Position numbers and translations under genes: made by a program | The notes under the pieces: model-generated | Seen by the model: the letters and a program-made list of their open reading frames with translations, nothing else | Databases searched by the model: none | What the model was told of the DNA's origin: nothing | NCBI GenBank assembly: GCA_963810935.1 | Contig: CAWEPK010000008.1 | Span: 384,001 to 448,000, forward strand | DNA: 64,000 nucleotides | Origin: an uncultured delta proteobacterium | GTDB lineage: Bacteria > Desulfobacterota > Syntrophorhabdia > Syntrophorhabdales > WCHB1-27 | Direction: 5' to 3' | Part shown: one piece after another, positions 30,093 through 40,265 of the stretch | Layout: every line of letters begins with the position of its first letter | How positions within the stretch are numbered: position 1 is the stretch's first letter

Positions 30093-31013
30093 ATGGATGA
30101 GATTGACAAAATTGAAAGAGAAGAAGTGCCGGCGGAGAAAAGCTCCCTTCCCGCCAGTTTCGACCCCCTAAAGCAGTACCTGAACGAGATCTCGCGCTAT
30201 CCGCTTCTCACAAGGGCGGAGGAAAGGAAACTCGCCGATAAGGTATTCAAAGAGAAAGACAAGGATGCCGCCCGGCTGCTCGTACTGTCGAACCTGAAGC
30301 TCGTAGTGAAGATAGCCCTCGGCTATTACAACACCTACATGAACGTCCGCGACCTCATCCAGGAAGGAAATATCGGCCTGATGCAGGCGGTGAAGAAATA
30401 CAACCCTTACAAGGGGACCAAGTTCTCGACGTACGCCTCTTTCTGGATAAGGGCTTATATCCTGAAGTACATCAGGAACAACTGGAGCCTGGTGAAGATA
30501 GGCACCACGGAGAGCCAGAAAAAGCTTTTCTACGGCCTCGAAAAAGAAAAGAGGAGGCTAGAAGCCAAGGGTCTTTTGCCCGCTCCCCAGCTCCTGGCGC
30601 ACAATCTGGACGTTACGCAGGCGGAAGTGGAAGACATGGAAAAGAGGCTTACCCTGCCCGACCTCTCCCTCGACCAGCCTATCTATGAAGACGGCGAAGA
30701 GACGATGCTGGACATGGTAAGGTCTGACGGCGACATAGAGGATTTGGTCGAGGAGAGGGAGAAGCAAAAGATAGCCTCCCACAAGATCAATGAGTTCAAG
30801 AAGGCGCTGAACGAAAGAGAACTTTACATCTTCGAGCACCGCATCATGACCGACGAACCGATCACCTTGCAGGAGATAGGGGACCATTTCAGCATATCAC
30901 GCGAGAGGGCGCGGCAGATAGAGAAGGTAGTCTCCGCCAAAGTCTCCAAGATCCTGATAGGCAAAGAAGAAGCCCTGGAAAACCCTCCGAAGAACGCCAG
31001 GGCACAGCGGTAA
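30093..31013 (+). CDS. rpoH: RNA polymerase sigma-32 factor
   Basis: DLIQEGNIGLM, FSTYASFWIRA, SLVKIGTT.SQKKLFYGL (RpoH-box-like), SRERARQIE. Confidence 0.85.
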   Translation: MDEIDKIEREEVPAEKSSLPASFDPLKQYLNEISRYPLLTRAEERKLADKVFKEKDKDAARLLVLSNLKLVVKIALGYYNTYMNVRDLIQEGNIGLMQAVKKYNPYKGTKFSTYASFWIRAYILKYIRNNWSLVKIGTTESQKKLFYGLEKEKRRLEAKGLLPAPQLLAHNLDVTQAEVEDMEKRLTLPDLSLDQPIYEDGEETMLDMVRSDGDIEDLVEEREKQKIASHKINEFKKALNERELYIFEHRIMTDEPITLQEIGDHFSISRERARQIEKVVSAKVSKILIGKEEALENPPKNARAQR

Positions 31014-31156
31014 ATAAGCCCGCGCTTCAAAGCCGGACAACCGGACCCCCAGCATCCCCTATTATCCACTGCGAGCAATACCGGGCAAGTTGCGCATAGC
31101 GGGGCCGACGGTTTATGTTATATGTGGAAAACCAAAAGAGGACAAGGGTGCGAAAC

Positions 31157-32210
31157 ATGTATGAACAGGGAGTTATAAGACCGCCGAGCGAGGCAGACAG
31201 CCTGCTCGTGAGGGTAACGCGCAACTGCCCCTGGAACCAGTGCGTCTTCTGTCCGGCCTACAAGGGAGTGAAATTCTCAAAAAGGTCGGTCGAGGAAGTG
31301 AAGAAGGACATAGACGCGATGGCGGACCAGTACAGGGGCCAAGGCCGCATCAGACTCGGTCTTCCTTCAGGATGCGGACAGCCTTGTCCTGCCGACGGAC
31401 GACGTGGTTGCAATACTCGAATACCTGAGGGAGAAATTCCCGAAGATCGAAAGGATAACGACGTACGCCCGGGCAAGAACGCTCAAGCGCAAGAGCGTCG
31501 AAGACCTGAAGCGGCTCAAGGAAGCGGGTCTGACAAGGGTCCATGCAGGCATGGAAAGCGGTGCGACCAGCGTCCTCCAGCTCATCAAGAAGGGGCTGAC
31601 CCAGGAGGAGATAGTGACGGGGGGCAGGCACGTCATGGACGCAGGGCTGGAGTTGTCCGAGTATATCATGCCGGGCATCGGCGGCAAGTCGTTGAGCGAG
31701 GAGCACGCCCGCGAGACTGCAAGCTTGCTGAACCAGATAAAACCCCACTTCATACGGGTGAGGACGTTCGCCATGCACCCGGTCTCGCCCATGCAGAAGA
31801 TGGTGCGGGAGGGGACATTCATCCCGATGTCGGACGACGAGATAGTGGGTGAGATAAGGCTCCTCGTCGAGAACCTCGACGAGATGCACAGTTATTTCTC
31901 CTCGAACGATTTCAGCCTGAACCTCCTGATGGAAGTCGACGGCTTCCTCGACAAGGAGAAGGCGTCGATGCTGAAAACGCTCGATACCTTCCTTGGCTTC
32001 TCAAAGAAGGAGAAGCAGATATACATACTCCTTCAGCGCTCCGGTTATTACCGCTATCCCCTCGACGTAGTCAAGGACCGGACGGTCCTGAGCCAGGTGC
32101 TGCCGAAGATCGAGGAGCTTGAAAAGGAAGGGGACGACGGGTTCAACCGGTACATCGACCACCTGAAGTCATATCAGCTCCCGCAGCCGCAGACGGATAA
32201 CTGGTGCTGA
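31157..32210 (+). CDS. radical SAM protein, apparent +1 frameshift at ~31354
   Basis: IRPPSEA.SL...NCPWNQCVFC in one frame; SVFLQDADSL...GMESG in the next. Confidence 0.85.
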
Positions 32211-32281
32211 GGCGCCCGCGCGCGCCTTAGCCTTAAGCTTTCAGATTGACACCGCGCAACGGAGACTATCCAATAATACAT

Positions 32282-33325
32282 ATGGACGCCTACGACTTCA
32301 AAAAGACTGCGAAGGGCCCGGTTCTGGACTTTACGCTTTTGTCCAACCCCCTCGGCCCATCCCTCAAAGCACGAAACCCCATGCGGAAGGCCCTCAAGGA
32401 CGTGCATCGCCACCCGGACCCCCGGACGCGCCGCCTGAGGCGCTTTTTGGCCGCGAGGGAGCATGTCGAGCCTGAGAACATACTCTTCGGCCATGGCTCG
32501 ACGCAAATACTCGACGCAATCCTTGCGGCGTACCGGCCGGGCAAAGTGCTTGTCCCTCCCCCTCTGTCGCCGCATTATGAGCTTCTTGCCGGCCGTCATG
32601 GAACGGAGATTGTCCCCTTCCCGCTTGCGAAGGACCAGGGGTATGCCCTCGGCACAGACGCGCTTACGGCCCGCCCGCCTGACATCGGCGCCCTTTTCCT
32701 GCCCAACCCGCATATGGTGACCGGAGCGGTCGCGGAAAAGCATCTCGTGGAAAAAATAATAAGCGCGTTTGACGGTTCGCACGCTATGCTCGTCATCGAC
32801 GAGGCGCTTGCCGGTTTCGCAGCCGTCGATTCGCCGGTCGCAAAGGTCGTGCAGTCGGCCAATGTCGTTATCGTAAGGAGCTTCTCGTTCTTTTACGCCC
32901 TGGCGGGCCTTCGCCTCGGCTACGCCATAGGGAGCTTCGAGACCTGCGGCCGCATCGCTGCCGCCATCGGGCCCGGCCCTGTGAATATAGTCGCCGAGGC
33001 CGGCGCGCTGGCGTCTATGCGCGATGCCGGATACCCGGCAAGGACGGCCGCGTTCGTCGCAGGCGAAAGGGCCTACATGCTGTCGAACCTTACACGCATA
33101 AAAGGGGTCGCAGCGACGGAAACGGCCTGCAATTTCATTATCGTCACGATCGCAACGGCTGCCGACGCCCTGCTCCGGCGGCTTCTCGCAAGGAACGTCC
33201 TTATAGATATTTTTAAGGAACAGGAAGGGACCGCATACCTGCGCGTACCGCTGCGCACGAGGCGCGAGAACGCGCGCTTTGTAAGGGCGCTGGCACGGGC
33301 GGTTGCAGAAGGACGGGCTTCATGA
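32282..33325 (+). CDS. class I/II aminotransferase homolog (CobD/HisC-like) lacking the PLP-binding lysine
   Basis: LDF...NPLGP, HPDP, GHGSTQ, IDEA, RSFS-F-FYALAGLRLGY. Confidence 0.75.
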   Translation: MDAYDFKKTAKGPVLDFTLLSNPLGPSLKARNPMRKALKDVHRHPDPRTRRLRRFLAAREHVEPENILFGHGSTQILDAILAAYRPGKVLVPPPLSPHYELLAGRHGTEIVPFPLAKDQGYALGTDALTARPPDIGALFLPNPHMVTGAVAEKHLVEKIISAFDGSHAMLVIDEALAGFAAVDSPVAKVVQSANVVIVRSFSFFYALAGLRLGYAIGSFETCGRIAAAIGPGPVNIVAEAGALASMRDAGYPARTAAFVAGERAYMLSNLTRIKGVAATETACNFIIVTIATAADALLRRLLARNVLIDIFKEQEGTAYLRVPLRTRRENARFVRALARAVAEGRAS

Positions 33326-33795
33326 CGCGCACGGTGCGTTCTCCCGGCCGCCCGCTACAGGCGTCCGGCCTGTGGGTTGCCCTTCTCTTTTTTCTCGCAC
33401 TTGCCATAGGTGCGGCTGTACCCTGCCGGGCCGACGACAAGGCGGCCGATGCAATACTGGGCATATGGGAAGTAGCAGAGAAGGACGCCCATATAGAGAT
33501 ATACAGACAGGATAACAGGTATTTCGGCAGGATCTGCTGGCTGAGGGAGAACGGCGAAAAGAAACCCGACGCGCAGGAGTCAAAGATGTACGAGATACCT
33601 AAGGTCGGGACGCTCATAGTGCGCGGCTTCCGCTTCAACGGCATTGATTGGAGGGACGGAACCCTCTATGACCCGACGGACGGCAAAAGTTACAAAGGCA
33701 TAATAAGGCTCGACGCAAAAGGCCGCCTCCTCGTGAGGGGTTACCTCGGTATAAGCCTTCTCGGCAGGACTACCGTCTGGAGGCGCGTGGAGTAG
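33322..33795 (+). CDS. DUF2147 family exported protein
   Basis: Signal peptide, ILGIW, G.LYDP.DGKSY, VRGYLGISLLGRTTVW.R. Confidence 0.85.
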   Translation: MTRTVRSPGRPLQASGLWVALLFFLALAIGAAVPCRADDKAADAILGIWEVAEKDAHIEIYRQDNRYFGRICWLRENGEKKPDAQESKMYEIPKVGTLIVRGFRFNGIDWRDGTLYDPTDGKSYKGIIRLDAKGRLLVRGYLGISLLGRTTVWRRVE

Positions 33796-33811
33796 CGACG
33801 CAAACGACTGC

Positions 33812-34345
33812 TTAGAAATACATCCCCACCGCGATGATGTTCGTGTTGACCGACCAGTTGGGTCTGGCGGTCCCCCCGTTTGAAAAATGGCGGAATCGGT
33901 TTTCTATGAAGAACCTGCCTGAACGGTACCCGATACCTCCCTGGCCTATGAAGAACAGGTGCGTCCCCTGCTCTTGGAAGCCGATCGTGCTGTACGCCAT
34001 GCCGGACCCGCCCATCAGATAGAAACCGTCTTTATGCGTTTGGAAGGGGTAATACTTAAAACCCACTCCCACGCCGAAATCGGTACCCGCATTCGGGTTC
34101 GACACGTACGACGCGAAAGGCTCCACCATCAGGGCAAGGCCGGTCCATAAAATCGGCCGTTCGTACAGGTACTTCGCCTGCTCGAAATTGTACCGCTTTC
34201 CGCCCTCTATGTTGCCCGTGGATTTCCCCTGGTTCCATGCTGCGAAGCCGTAGCCCAGGGAAAAAGCATTCTCTCCGCGCACCGTACCGCCCGAAATAAA
34301 CAACAGGCTGACGACTATCGCGCATAAGCAAACAGTCGCTTTCAT
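33812..34345 (-). CDS. acyloxyacyl hydrolase / PagL-like outer-membrane beta-barrel
   Basis: Signal peptide, RFRHFSNGG...PN, terminal Phe. Confidence 0.75.
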   Translation of the reverse strand: MKATVCLCAIVVSLLFISGGTVRGENAFSLGYGFAAWNQGKSTGNIEGGKRYNFEQAKYLYERPILWTGLALMVEPFASYVSNPNAGTDFGVGVGFKYYPFQTHKDGFYLMGGSGMAYSTIGFQEQGTHLFFIGQGGIGYRSGRFFIENRFRHFSNGGTARPNWSVNTNIIAVGMYF

Positions 34346-34454
34346 CTAAACCCCAGTATACTACAGGGGATGCTTCGATTTCTCTTTTTTCCGCTTTTGG
34401 CCGTGCCGGTTGCAACCATGTGACTCTTGTGCTAAATTTGGCCCAGGCGCATAT

Positions 34455-36002
34455 ATGAATAAAGGGAAGATATATCTGGTCGGCGCAGGTCCCGGGGACA
34501 TAGGACTCCTTACCCTGAAGGGTTTGCGCTGCCTGCAAAAAGCGGACGTCGTCGTCTACGATTTCCACATCAACCCGCAGATACTGAGCTATGCGCGGCG
34601 CGGTGCGGACCTCGTCTTCGCTGGCAAGAGGGGCGGCCACCATGAGATGTCCCAGGACGAGATCAACGCCATCCTCATCGGCCGCGCGGCGGAAGGCAGG
34701 ACAGTGTGCAGGCTCAAAGGGGGCGACCCCTTCGTCTTCGGCAGGGGCGGTGAGGAAGCCGAGGCGCTGTCCGGGGCCGGCGTGCCCTTCGAGGTGGTCC
34801 CCGGCGTAAGCTCCGCGGTCGCCGTACCTGCATACGCGGGCATACCGCTGACCCATCGCGACTACGCCTCTTCCTTCGCGGTCATCACGGGCAACGAGGC
34901 GGCGTCCAAGCCGCGGGCCTCTGGTTGGTGGGCAGGCCTGGCCGGCTCGAACGACACCCTCGTCTTCCTGATGGGCGTGAAAAACCTTAAGACCATTGCG
35001 CAAAGCCTCATAGAGCACGGCAAGCCCAAAGAGACGCCCGCAGCGCTGGTTCGCTGGGGCACGAGGCCGGAGCAGCGGACCGTGGTCGCGACCCTCGACC
35101 GTATCGCGGAGGCGGCGCTCGACGACAACATACGGCCGCCTGCCATACTCGTGGTCGGTAAAGTGGTCGCGCTGCGGGAAAAACTCAAATGGTACGAGGA
35201 AAAACCCCTTTTCGGGCACAGAATACTCATAACGAGGGGATTTACGGACGAATACGGACCCCTTGCGGACCTCGGCGCCGAAGTGTTCGAGTTCCCCACG
35301 GTACGGATAATCCCCCCTTTGGATTTTAATGAAACAGACGCCGCGATAGAGAGGCTTTCCGCGTACGACTGGCTCGTCCTGACGAGCGCCAGCGCCTTCA
35401 GGTGCTTTTTGGACAGGCTCCTGGAGAAAGGCAGGGACATAAGGGACCTGAAGGGGATGAAGGTCTGCGCAATCGGGTCGAAGACGGCCGAGGCGATAGG
35501 ACGCCTCGGGATCAGGGTCGATATGGTCCCCGACGAGTTCAGTGCGGAAGGCCTCATCGATGCCTTCTGCGCGTCGAGCCGTCCAGGCGTTGGGCTTGCC
35601 GGACTGAGTATCCTGCTGCCCAGGGCCAGCGAGGCACGGGACGCCTTCCCTAAAAAGGTGGCTGAGCTTGGCGGGCGCATAGACACTCCGGCCGTATACC
35701 GCGCCGTCAAACCGGAAAAACACGCGAAGCGCCTACAGCGATTCATGTCGGAAGGGCGCATATCGATAGCGACTTTCACGAGCGGCGCCACCTTTCGCAA
35801 TTTTTGCGATATTGCGGGAGAGGCATCAGCCGCCCTCCTCAAAGACGTAGCCATAGCGGTAATAGGTCCGGTTACAAAGAAGGTGGTCGAAGAAGCCGGG
35901 CTGAAGGTCTCCATAATGCCTCCCAGAGCAACCATCCCGGCCATGGTGGAAGAGATCGTCCGATGGGCAACCGATGAAAAGGGGCGCAGCACAACGCGCT
36001 GA
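34455..36002 (+). CDS. cobA: uroporphyrinogen-III C-methyltransferase / synthase fusion (CobA-HemD)
   Basis: LVGAGPGD, RLKGGDPFVFGRGGEE, GIPLTHR, KPLFG.RILITR, FTSGAT, IGPVT. Confidence 0.93.
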   Translation: MNKGKIYLVGAGPGDIGLLTLKGLRCLQKADVVVYDFHINPQILSYARRGADLVFAGKRGGHHEMSQDEINAILIGRAAEGRTVCRLKGGDPFVFGRGGEEAEALSGAGVPFEVVPGVSSAVAVPAYAGIPLTHRDYASSFAVITGNEAASKPRASGWWAGLAGSNDTLVFLMGVKNLKTIAQSLIEHGKPKETPAALVRWGTRPEQRTVVATLDRIAEAALDDNIRPPAILVVGKVVALREKLKWYEEKPLFGHRILITRGFTDEYGPLADLGAEVFEFPTVRIIPPLDFNETDAAIERLSAYDWLVLTSASAFRCFLDRLLEKGRDIRDLKGMKVCAIGSKTAEAIGRLGIRVDMVPDEFSAEGLIDAFCASSRPGVGLAGLSILLPRASEARDAFPKKVAELGGRIDTPAVYRAVKPEKHAKRLQRFMSEGRISIATFTSGATFRNFCDIAGEASAALLKDVAIAVIGPVTKKVVEEAGLKVSIMPPRATIPAMVEEIVRWATDEKGRSTTR

Positions 36003-36009
36003 CGGGCCA

Positions 36010-38436
36010 ATGTCAACCGATAACCTGAAAAGGATGCTCGACCCTGAGAAGGTCGTCCTTGTCGGCGCGACGGACAGGGAAGGCTCCCTCGGCAGGGCCA
36101 TACTTGCGAACCTCTTGCGCTCCGGGGCCCAGACGGTTCTATGCGTCAACCCTAACAAGCAGGCGACCCTCGGCGTCCCATGCAGCCCGTCCGTATCCGC
36201 CCTGCCCGGACATATCGACCTTGCCGTTATAGCCGTCCCCGCGCCTCTTGCCCCGGGGGTGGTCGAAGAATGCGGCCGGGCAGGTGTCAGCGGGACAGTC
36301 ATCATCACGGACGGGCGTGCCGAAAAAAGTGACGCGGGCCGGCAGCTCGACAGGAAAGTCATGGAGGCCGCGGCCCCTTACGACATACGGGTCATCGGTC
36401 CGGCCTCGTTCGGCATCATCCGGCCGGAGATCGGCCTCAACGCCAGCTTCCTCCGGGCGGACCCCGGCAAAGGCAACATAGCATTCGTCGCGCAGAGCGG
36501 CCAGCTCGGCAACGCGTTGCTGGAGTGGGGCATCGAGGGAAACATAGGCTTCAGCATGTTCGCCTCCCTCGGGGATATGGTCGATGTAGACTTCGGAGAC
36601 GTCATCGATTACCTGGGAAGCGACTACGCCACGCGCAGCATCCTGCTCGACATGGAACACGTGGTCAACGCAAGGAAATTCATCAGCGCGGCCCGCGGCT
36701 TTGCCCGCACAAAGCCCATCATCGTCCTGAAATCGGGCCGTTCCGCCGAAAGCGGCAAGGCCGGGGCGGCAGGCGACGACCGCGTATACAGCGCCGCTTT
36801 CAAGCGGGTCGGGATATATAGGGTAAGAGAGGCGGAAGACCTGTTCGACGCGGTCCAGGTGCTCGAAGCGGACCACCTGCCCGCAGGCGGTCGCGTCGCC
36901 TTCATATGCAACGCGGCAAACATCGGGACTATGGCTGCCGACGCCCTGCTCGATCTGGGCGGCAGCCCGGCCCGTCTCTCGGCCGGCAGCGTCGATGCCC
37001 TCGCCCCTCTCCTCGGGCCGCAATGGGGCGGGCAGAACCCCATCGACCTGGGCGACGAAGCGCAAGCGTGCAGATACGAGGAAGCGGTGAAAGCGTGCGC
37101 CGCGGACGAGGCGGTCGACGGCATCATCGTAATATGCACAGCGATTACAGCGGCCATACCGGTCGAGATCGCCCATGCGATAGCCGCAGCCGCCGCAAAG
37201 ACCCAGAAGCCGGTACTTGCGGCGCTTATGGGCGGCCAGTCCATGCGGGAAGGAAGGGAATACCTGCGGAAGAACAAGATACCCGCCTATCTGACGCCTG
37301 AAAAGGCCGTAAGGGCCTATACCGAGATGTTCACTTACAGGAGAAGCCTCGAGCTCCTCTACGAGACGCCGCTGGACCTGATCCCCGGCGGGCCGCAGGC
37401 CAAGAATTATATCGCCACCTTCATACAGAAGGAGGCCAAAAAGGGCCATGCCTCGCTGACACACGACCGGTCGGTGCACATCCTTCAACAATACGGCATA
37501 CCTGCCGGGCGAGGCGCGGCAGCGGCCGACTACGAGCTTTATCTGGCGATGGACCGGGACAGCGAATTCGGGGCCTTCGTGACCTTCGGCCTTGCAGGCA
37601 TAGGCCGCGACATCTTCGATGACCGTGCCGTCGCCCTGCCGCCCCTCAACCAGACCCTGGCAAGGAGGCTGATCGAGGAATCGAAGGCGTTAAAGGTCTT
37701 GCAGGGTTACCGTGGGCGGAAACCAGCCGACCTGCTGAAACTCGAAGGATTGCTGATCGGCTTTTCCAACCTGGTCGTCGATTTCCCGCAGATCGCCTCG
37801 ATAAAGATCGAGCGTCTCGTCGTCTCCGACGGAAGGCCCCGCGTCCAGGACGTCCGCATCTTCCTCGACCCCGCCCATCATCAGGAAAGAGGCGGCTATC
37901 CGCACCTCGTCATTACCCCCTACCCCACCAGGTACATGGCGGTCTGGCGGATGAGCAACGGGACCGAAGTGCTTCTGCGCCCCATACGCCCGGAAGACGA
38001 GCCGATGCAGTCAAAGCTCTTTCACTCGCTGTCGAGAGAAGCGGTCCGGGACCGGTTTTTCAGCCCCATAAAAGAGATGAGTCACGACATGCTTGTCAGG
38101 TTTTGCAATATCGACTACGACCGGGAGATCGCAATAGCGGCCGAGGTCGGCAGGGGCGACGAGCGCCGCTTCGGCGGCATTTCCAGGCTTATTATCGAGC
38201 CGGACCTCAAGGCCGCCCAGTTCGCCGTGATCGTCCACGACGACTTCCAGGGCGGCGGCCTCGGTTACAAGCTGGTGGACGTGCTGATAGGCATAGCACA
38301 GGAGAAGGGCCTGGAAGAGATCTATGGTATAACGCTTAACGAGAACGACAAGATGATAGGCCTGGCCAGGAGGCTCGGCTTCTCAACGAAGCTCATGCCG
38401 GACGGCATCACGAAGCTGAGGCTGAAGCTCAAATAG
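36010..38436 (+). CDS. acyl-CoA synthetase (NDP-forming)-like / GNAT fusion (Pat-type protein lysine acetyltransferase)
   Basis: CoA-binding N-terminus, AQSG, KPIIVLKSGR, NPIDL, HLVITPYP, LRPIRPEDE, FQGGGLG. Confidence 0.85.
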   Translation: MSTDNLKRMLDPEKVVLVGATDREGSLGRAILANLLRSGAQTVLCVNPNKQATLGVPCSPSVSALPGHIDLAVIAVPAPLAPGVVEECGRAGVSGTVIITDGRAEKSDAGRQLDRKVMEAAAPYDIRVIGPASFGIIRPEIGLNASFLRADPGKGNIAFVAQSGQLGNALLEWGIEGNIGFSMFASLGDMVDVDFGDVIDYLGSDYATRSILLDMEHVVNARKFISAARGFARTKPIIVLKSGRSAESGKAGAAGDDRVYSAAFKRVGIYRVREAEDLFDAVQVLEADHLPAGGRVAFICNAANIGTMAADALLDLGGSPARLSAGSVDALAPLLGPQWGGQNPIDLGDEAQACRYEEAVKACAADEAVDGIIVICTAITAAIPVEIAHAIAAAAAKTQKPVLAALMGGQSMREGREYLRKNKIPAYLTPEKAVRAYTEMFTYRRSLELLYETPLDLIPGGPQAKNYIATFIQKEAKKGHASLTHDRSVHILQQYGIPAGRGAAAADYELYLAMDRDSEFGAFVTFGLAGIGRDIFDDRAVALPPLNQTLARRLIEESKALKVLQGYRGRKPADLLKLEGLLIGFSNLVVDFPQIASIKIERLVVSDGRPRVQDVRIFLDPAHHQERGGYPHLVITPYPTRYMAVWRMSNGTEVLLRPIRPEDEPMQSKLFHSLSREAVRDRFFSPIKEMSHDMLVRFCNIDYDREIAIAAEVGRGDERRFGGISRLIIEPDLKAAQFAVIVHDDFQGGGLGYKLVDVLIGIAQEKGLEEIYGITLNENDKMIGLARRLGFSTKLMPDGITKLRLKLK

Positions 38437-38441
38437 CCGGC

Positions 38442-40115
38442 CTACCGTTTTTCTAAGGCTTCACGCAGTTTTTGCGAAAGAACGTTGATTGTGAACGGCT
38501 TTTGAATAAAGGCCTTGCAGCCCTGCTGCAACATGTTCGTCACGCTTCCTTCCAGGCTGTAGCCGGACGAGACGGCGATGCATGCGCCCGCGTCGATCGC
38601 TAAAATGCGCTTGAGCGTCTCCTCGCCCCCCATGTCGGGCATGATGACGTCAAGGACCACGAGGTCGATGGCGGCGTGCTTTTTTTCGAAGATCTCAATG
38701 GCCTCACGCCCGCTTGTTGCGACCATAACGGAATAACCGAGTACTTCGAGCATGTCCCTGCTCACCGAGATGACTGCCTCCTCGTCATCGACCAGAAGGA
38801 TGGTCTCCGCGCCCCTTTCCACCTGGTTTTCCGTGGGCACAGAGGCAGGCTTATCGGCCGCTTTTTTCGACGCGGGCAGATAAACGTCGAAGCTGGTCCC
38901 CCGCCCCTTTTCGCTCGTGACTACGATGATACCCCCGTGCTCCTTCACGATATTGTAAACGGACGCAAGCCCCAGGCCCGTCCCCTTCGCAGCTTTCCTC
39001 GTAGTGAAAAAGGGCTCGAATATCCGCTCCTTTGTCTTCTCGTCCATCCCCTCCCCTGTGTCGGAGATGGAGGCCCGCGCGTATTTCCCTGCCCTGGCCG
39101 CGTAAGGGCGGACAAACTTACGGTCGAGTATGACGTTTTCCGTCGTAAGGGAGAGGGTGCCCCCGCCCGGCATGGCCTGCCAGGCATTCACGTAGAGGTT
39201 GAGCAGCATCTGCTCGATCTGCCCTCCGTCCGCATCGACCATCCACAGGTCTTCCGGGAGGGTCGATCTTATTGCGATCTCCTTCCTGGCCCGGCCGAAC
39301 ATCTCGGAGCTTTTCCGTACTATCGCGTTCAGGTCGCACGGGGCCATTTCGTATTTTGCCCCGCTTGCGAACCCGAGGAGCTTCCTTGTAAGCTCCGAAC
39401 CGCTCGTCACGATCTCTTCGATGATCTTTACCTTTGCGAACGTCGGGTCCCCGGCTTTAAGCGCGTGGAGGATCAGCGAGGTATGTCCCTGGATGGCCAT
39501 GAGCAGGTTGTTGAAGTCGTGCGCGATGCCCCCCGCAAGCGACCCTATGGCTTTTATCCTTTCGGCTTTCGCAAGCTGCTCGCTGAGCTTCCGCTGGTCG
39601 GTCCTGTCCAGGACGACGCCCAAGATTGCCTCCGCCCCTTCGTCCCTGACGACCCGGCAGAAGACCTCGGCATGGACCGTCTGCCCGTCCCTTCTAGTAC
39701 CCCGGAACTCGTGCTGCACGGACTCCGTTCTCCCGCAGAGCAGCCTTTCGAGGTTTTCGACGACCATCGGCCGGTCGTCGGCGCATGCCAGGTCCGCCGG
39801 CCCCACGATGCCCGCCATCTCTTCGGGCGCATAGCCGAATATATCCGCCATCTCGCCGTTTACGTAAGTGAAGACGCCGTCGCGCGAAAGGTAGACACCG
39901 GTCATCGGCTGCTCGATGAGAGCCGCGAGCTTGCTGGTATATTCCATAAGGGATTGGCCCGCGTCCTCCTGCCTCTCCGGCAAGGCGGGGCGCCGGGCCG
40001 CTGACTTCCTCTGCGAGCGCTCCTCTACGCCCCCAAGCCCTGTTTTGGTCTTATCTTCCCCGTCCATACCCGTGTCCTGGATCCTGGTGTGCATTCCCGG
40101 CTCATGAAGCCGCAT
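38442..40115 (-). CDS. PAS-domain hybrid sensor histidine kinase with C-terminal receiver
   Basis: [44 protein letters not shown]; start uncertain. Confidence 0.92.
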   Translation of the reverse strand: MRLHEPGMHTRIQDTGMDGEDKTKTGLGGVEERSQRKSAARRPALPERQEDAGQSLMEYTSKLAALIEQPMTGVYLSRDGVFTYVNGEMADIFGYAPEEMAGIVGPADLACADDRPMVVENLERLLCGRTESVQHEFRGTRRDGQTVHAEVFCRVVRDEGAEAILGVVLDRTDQRKLSEQLAKAERIKAIGSLAGGIAHDFNNLLMAIQGHTSLILHALKAGDPTFAKVKIIEEIVTSGSELTRKLLGFASGAKYEMAPCDLNAIVRKSSEMFGRARKEIAIRSTLPEDLWMVDADGGQIEQMLLNLYVNAWQAMPGGGTLSLTTENVILDRKFVRPYAARAGKYARASISDTGEGMDEKTKERIFEPFFTTRKAAKGTGLGLASVYNIVKEHGGIIVVTSEKGRGTSFDVYLPASKKAADKPASVPTENQVERGAETILLVDDEEAVISVSRDMLEVLGYSVMVATSGREAIEIFEKKHAAIDLVVLDVIMPDMGGEETLKRILAIDAGACIAVSSGYSLEGSVTNMLQQGCKAFIQKPFTINVLSQKLREALEKR

Positions 40116-40265
40116 GTCGTTGTTATGTTTTACCCAGATTGCGCACGGCCGGTCAAGACCTTGTTTGGCCGGCGGGAAGATAATCGTTCACATAGCAGCG
40201 GAAGTATGGTATTACTACTTGCGAGCTCTCACGTTTCCTTGCTTTCAGGCCGGTATAGAAGAGCG

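Noticed and set aside
29730..32210. RiPP cluster (Cys-containing small ORF plus radical SAM)
   Set aside because: The radical SAM has no SPASM/RRE features, rpoH intervenes, and there is no peptidase or transporter.
32200..32240. Selenocysteine read-through at the radical SAM C-terminus (NWC-TGA)
   Set aside because: The protein is already complete and there is no convincing SECIS.
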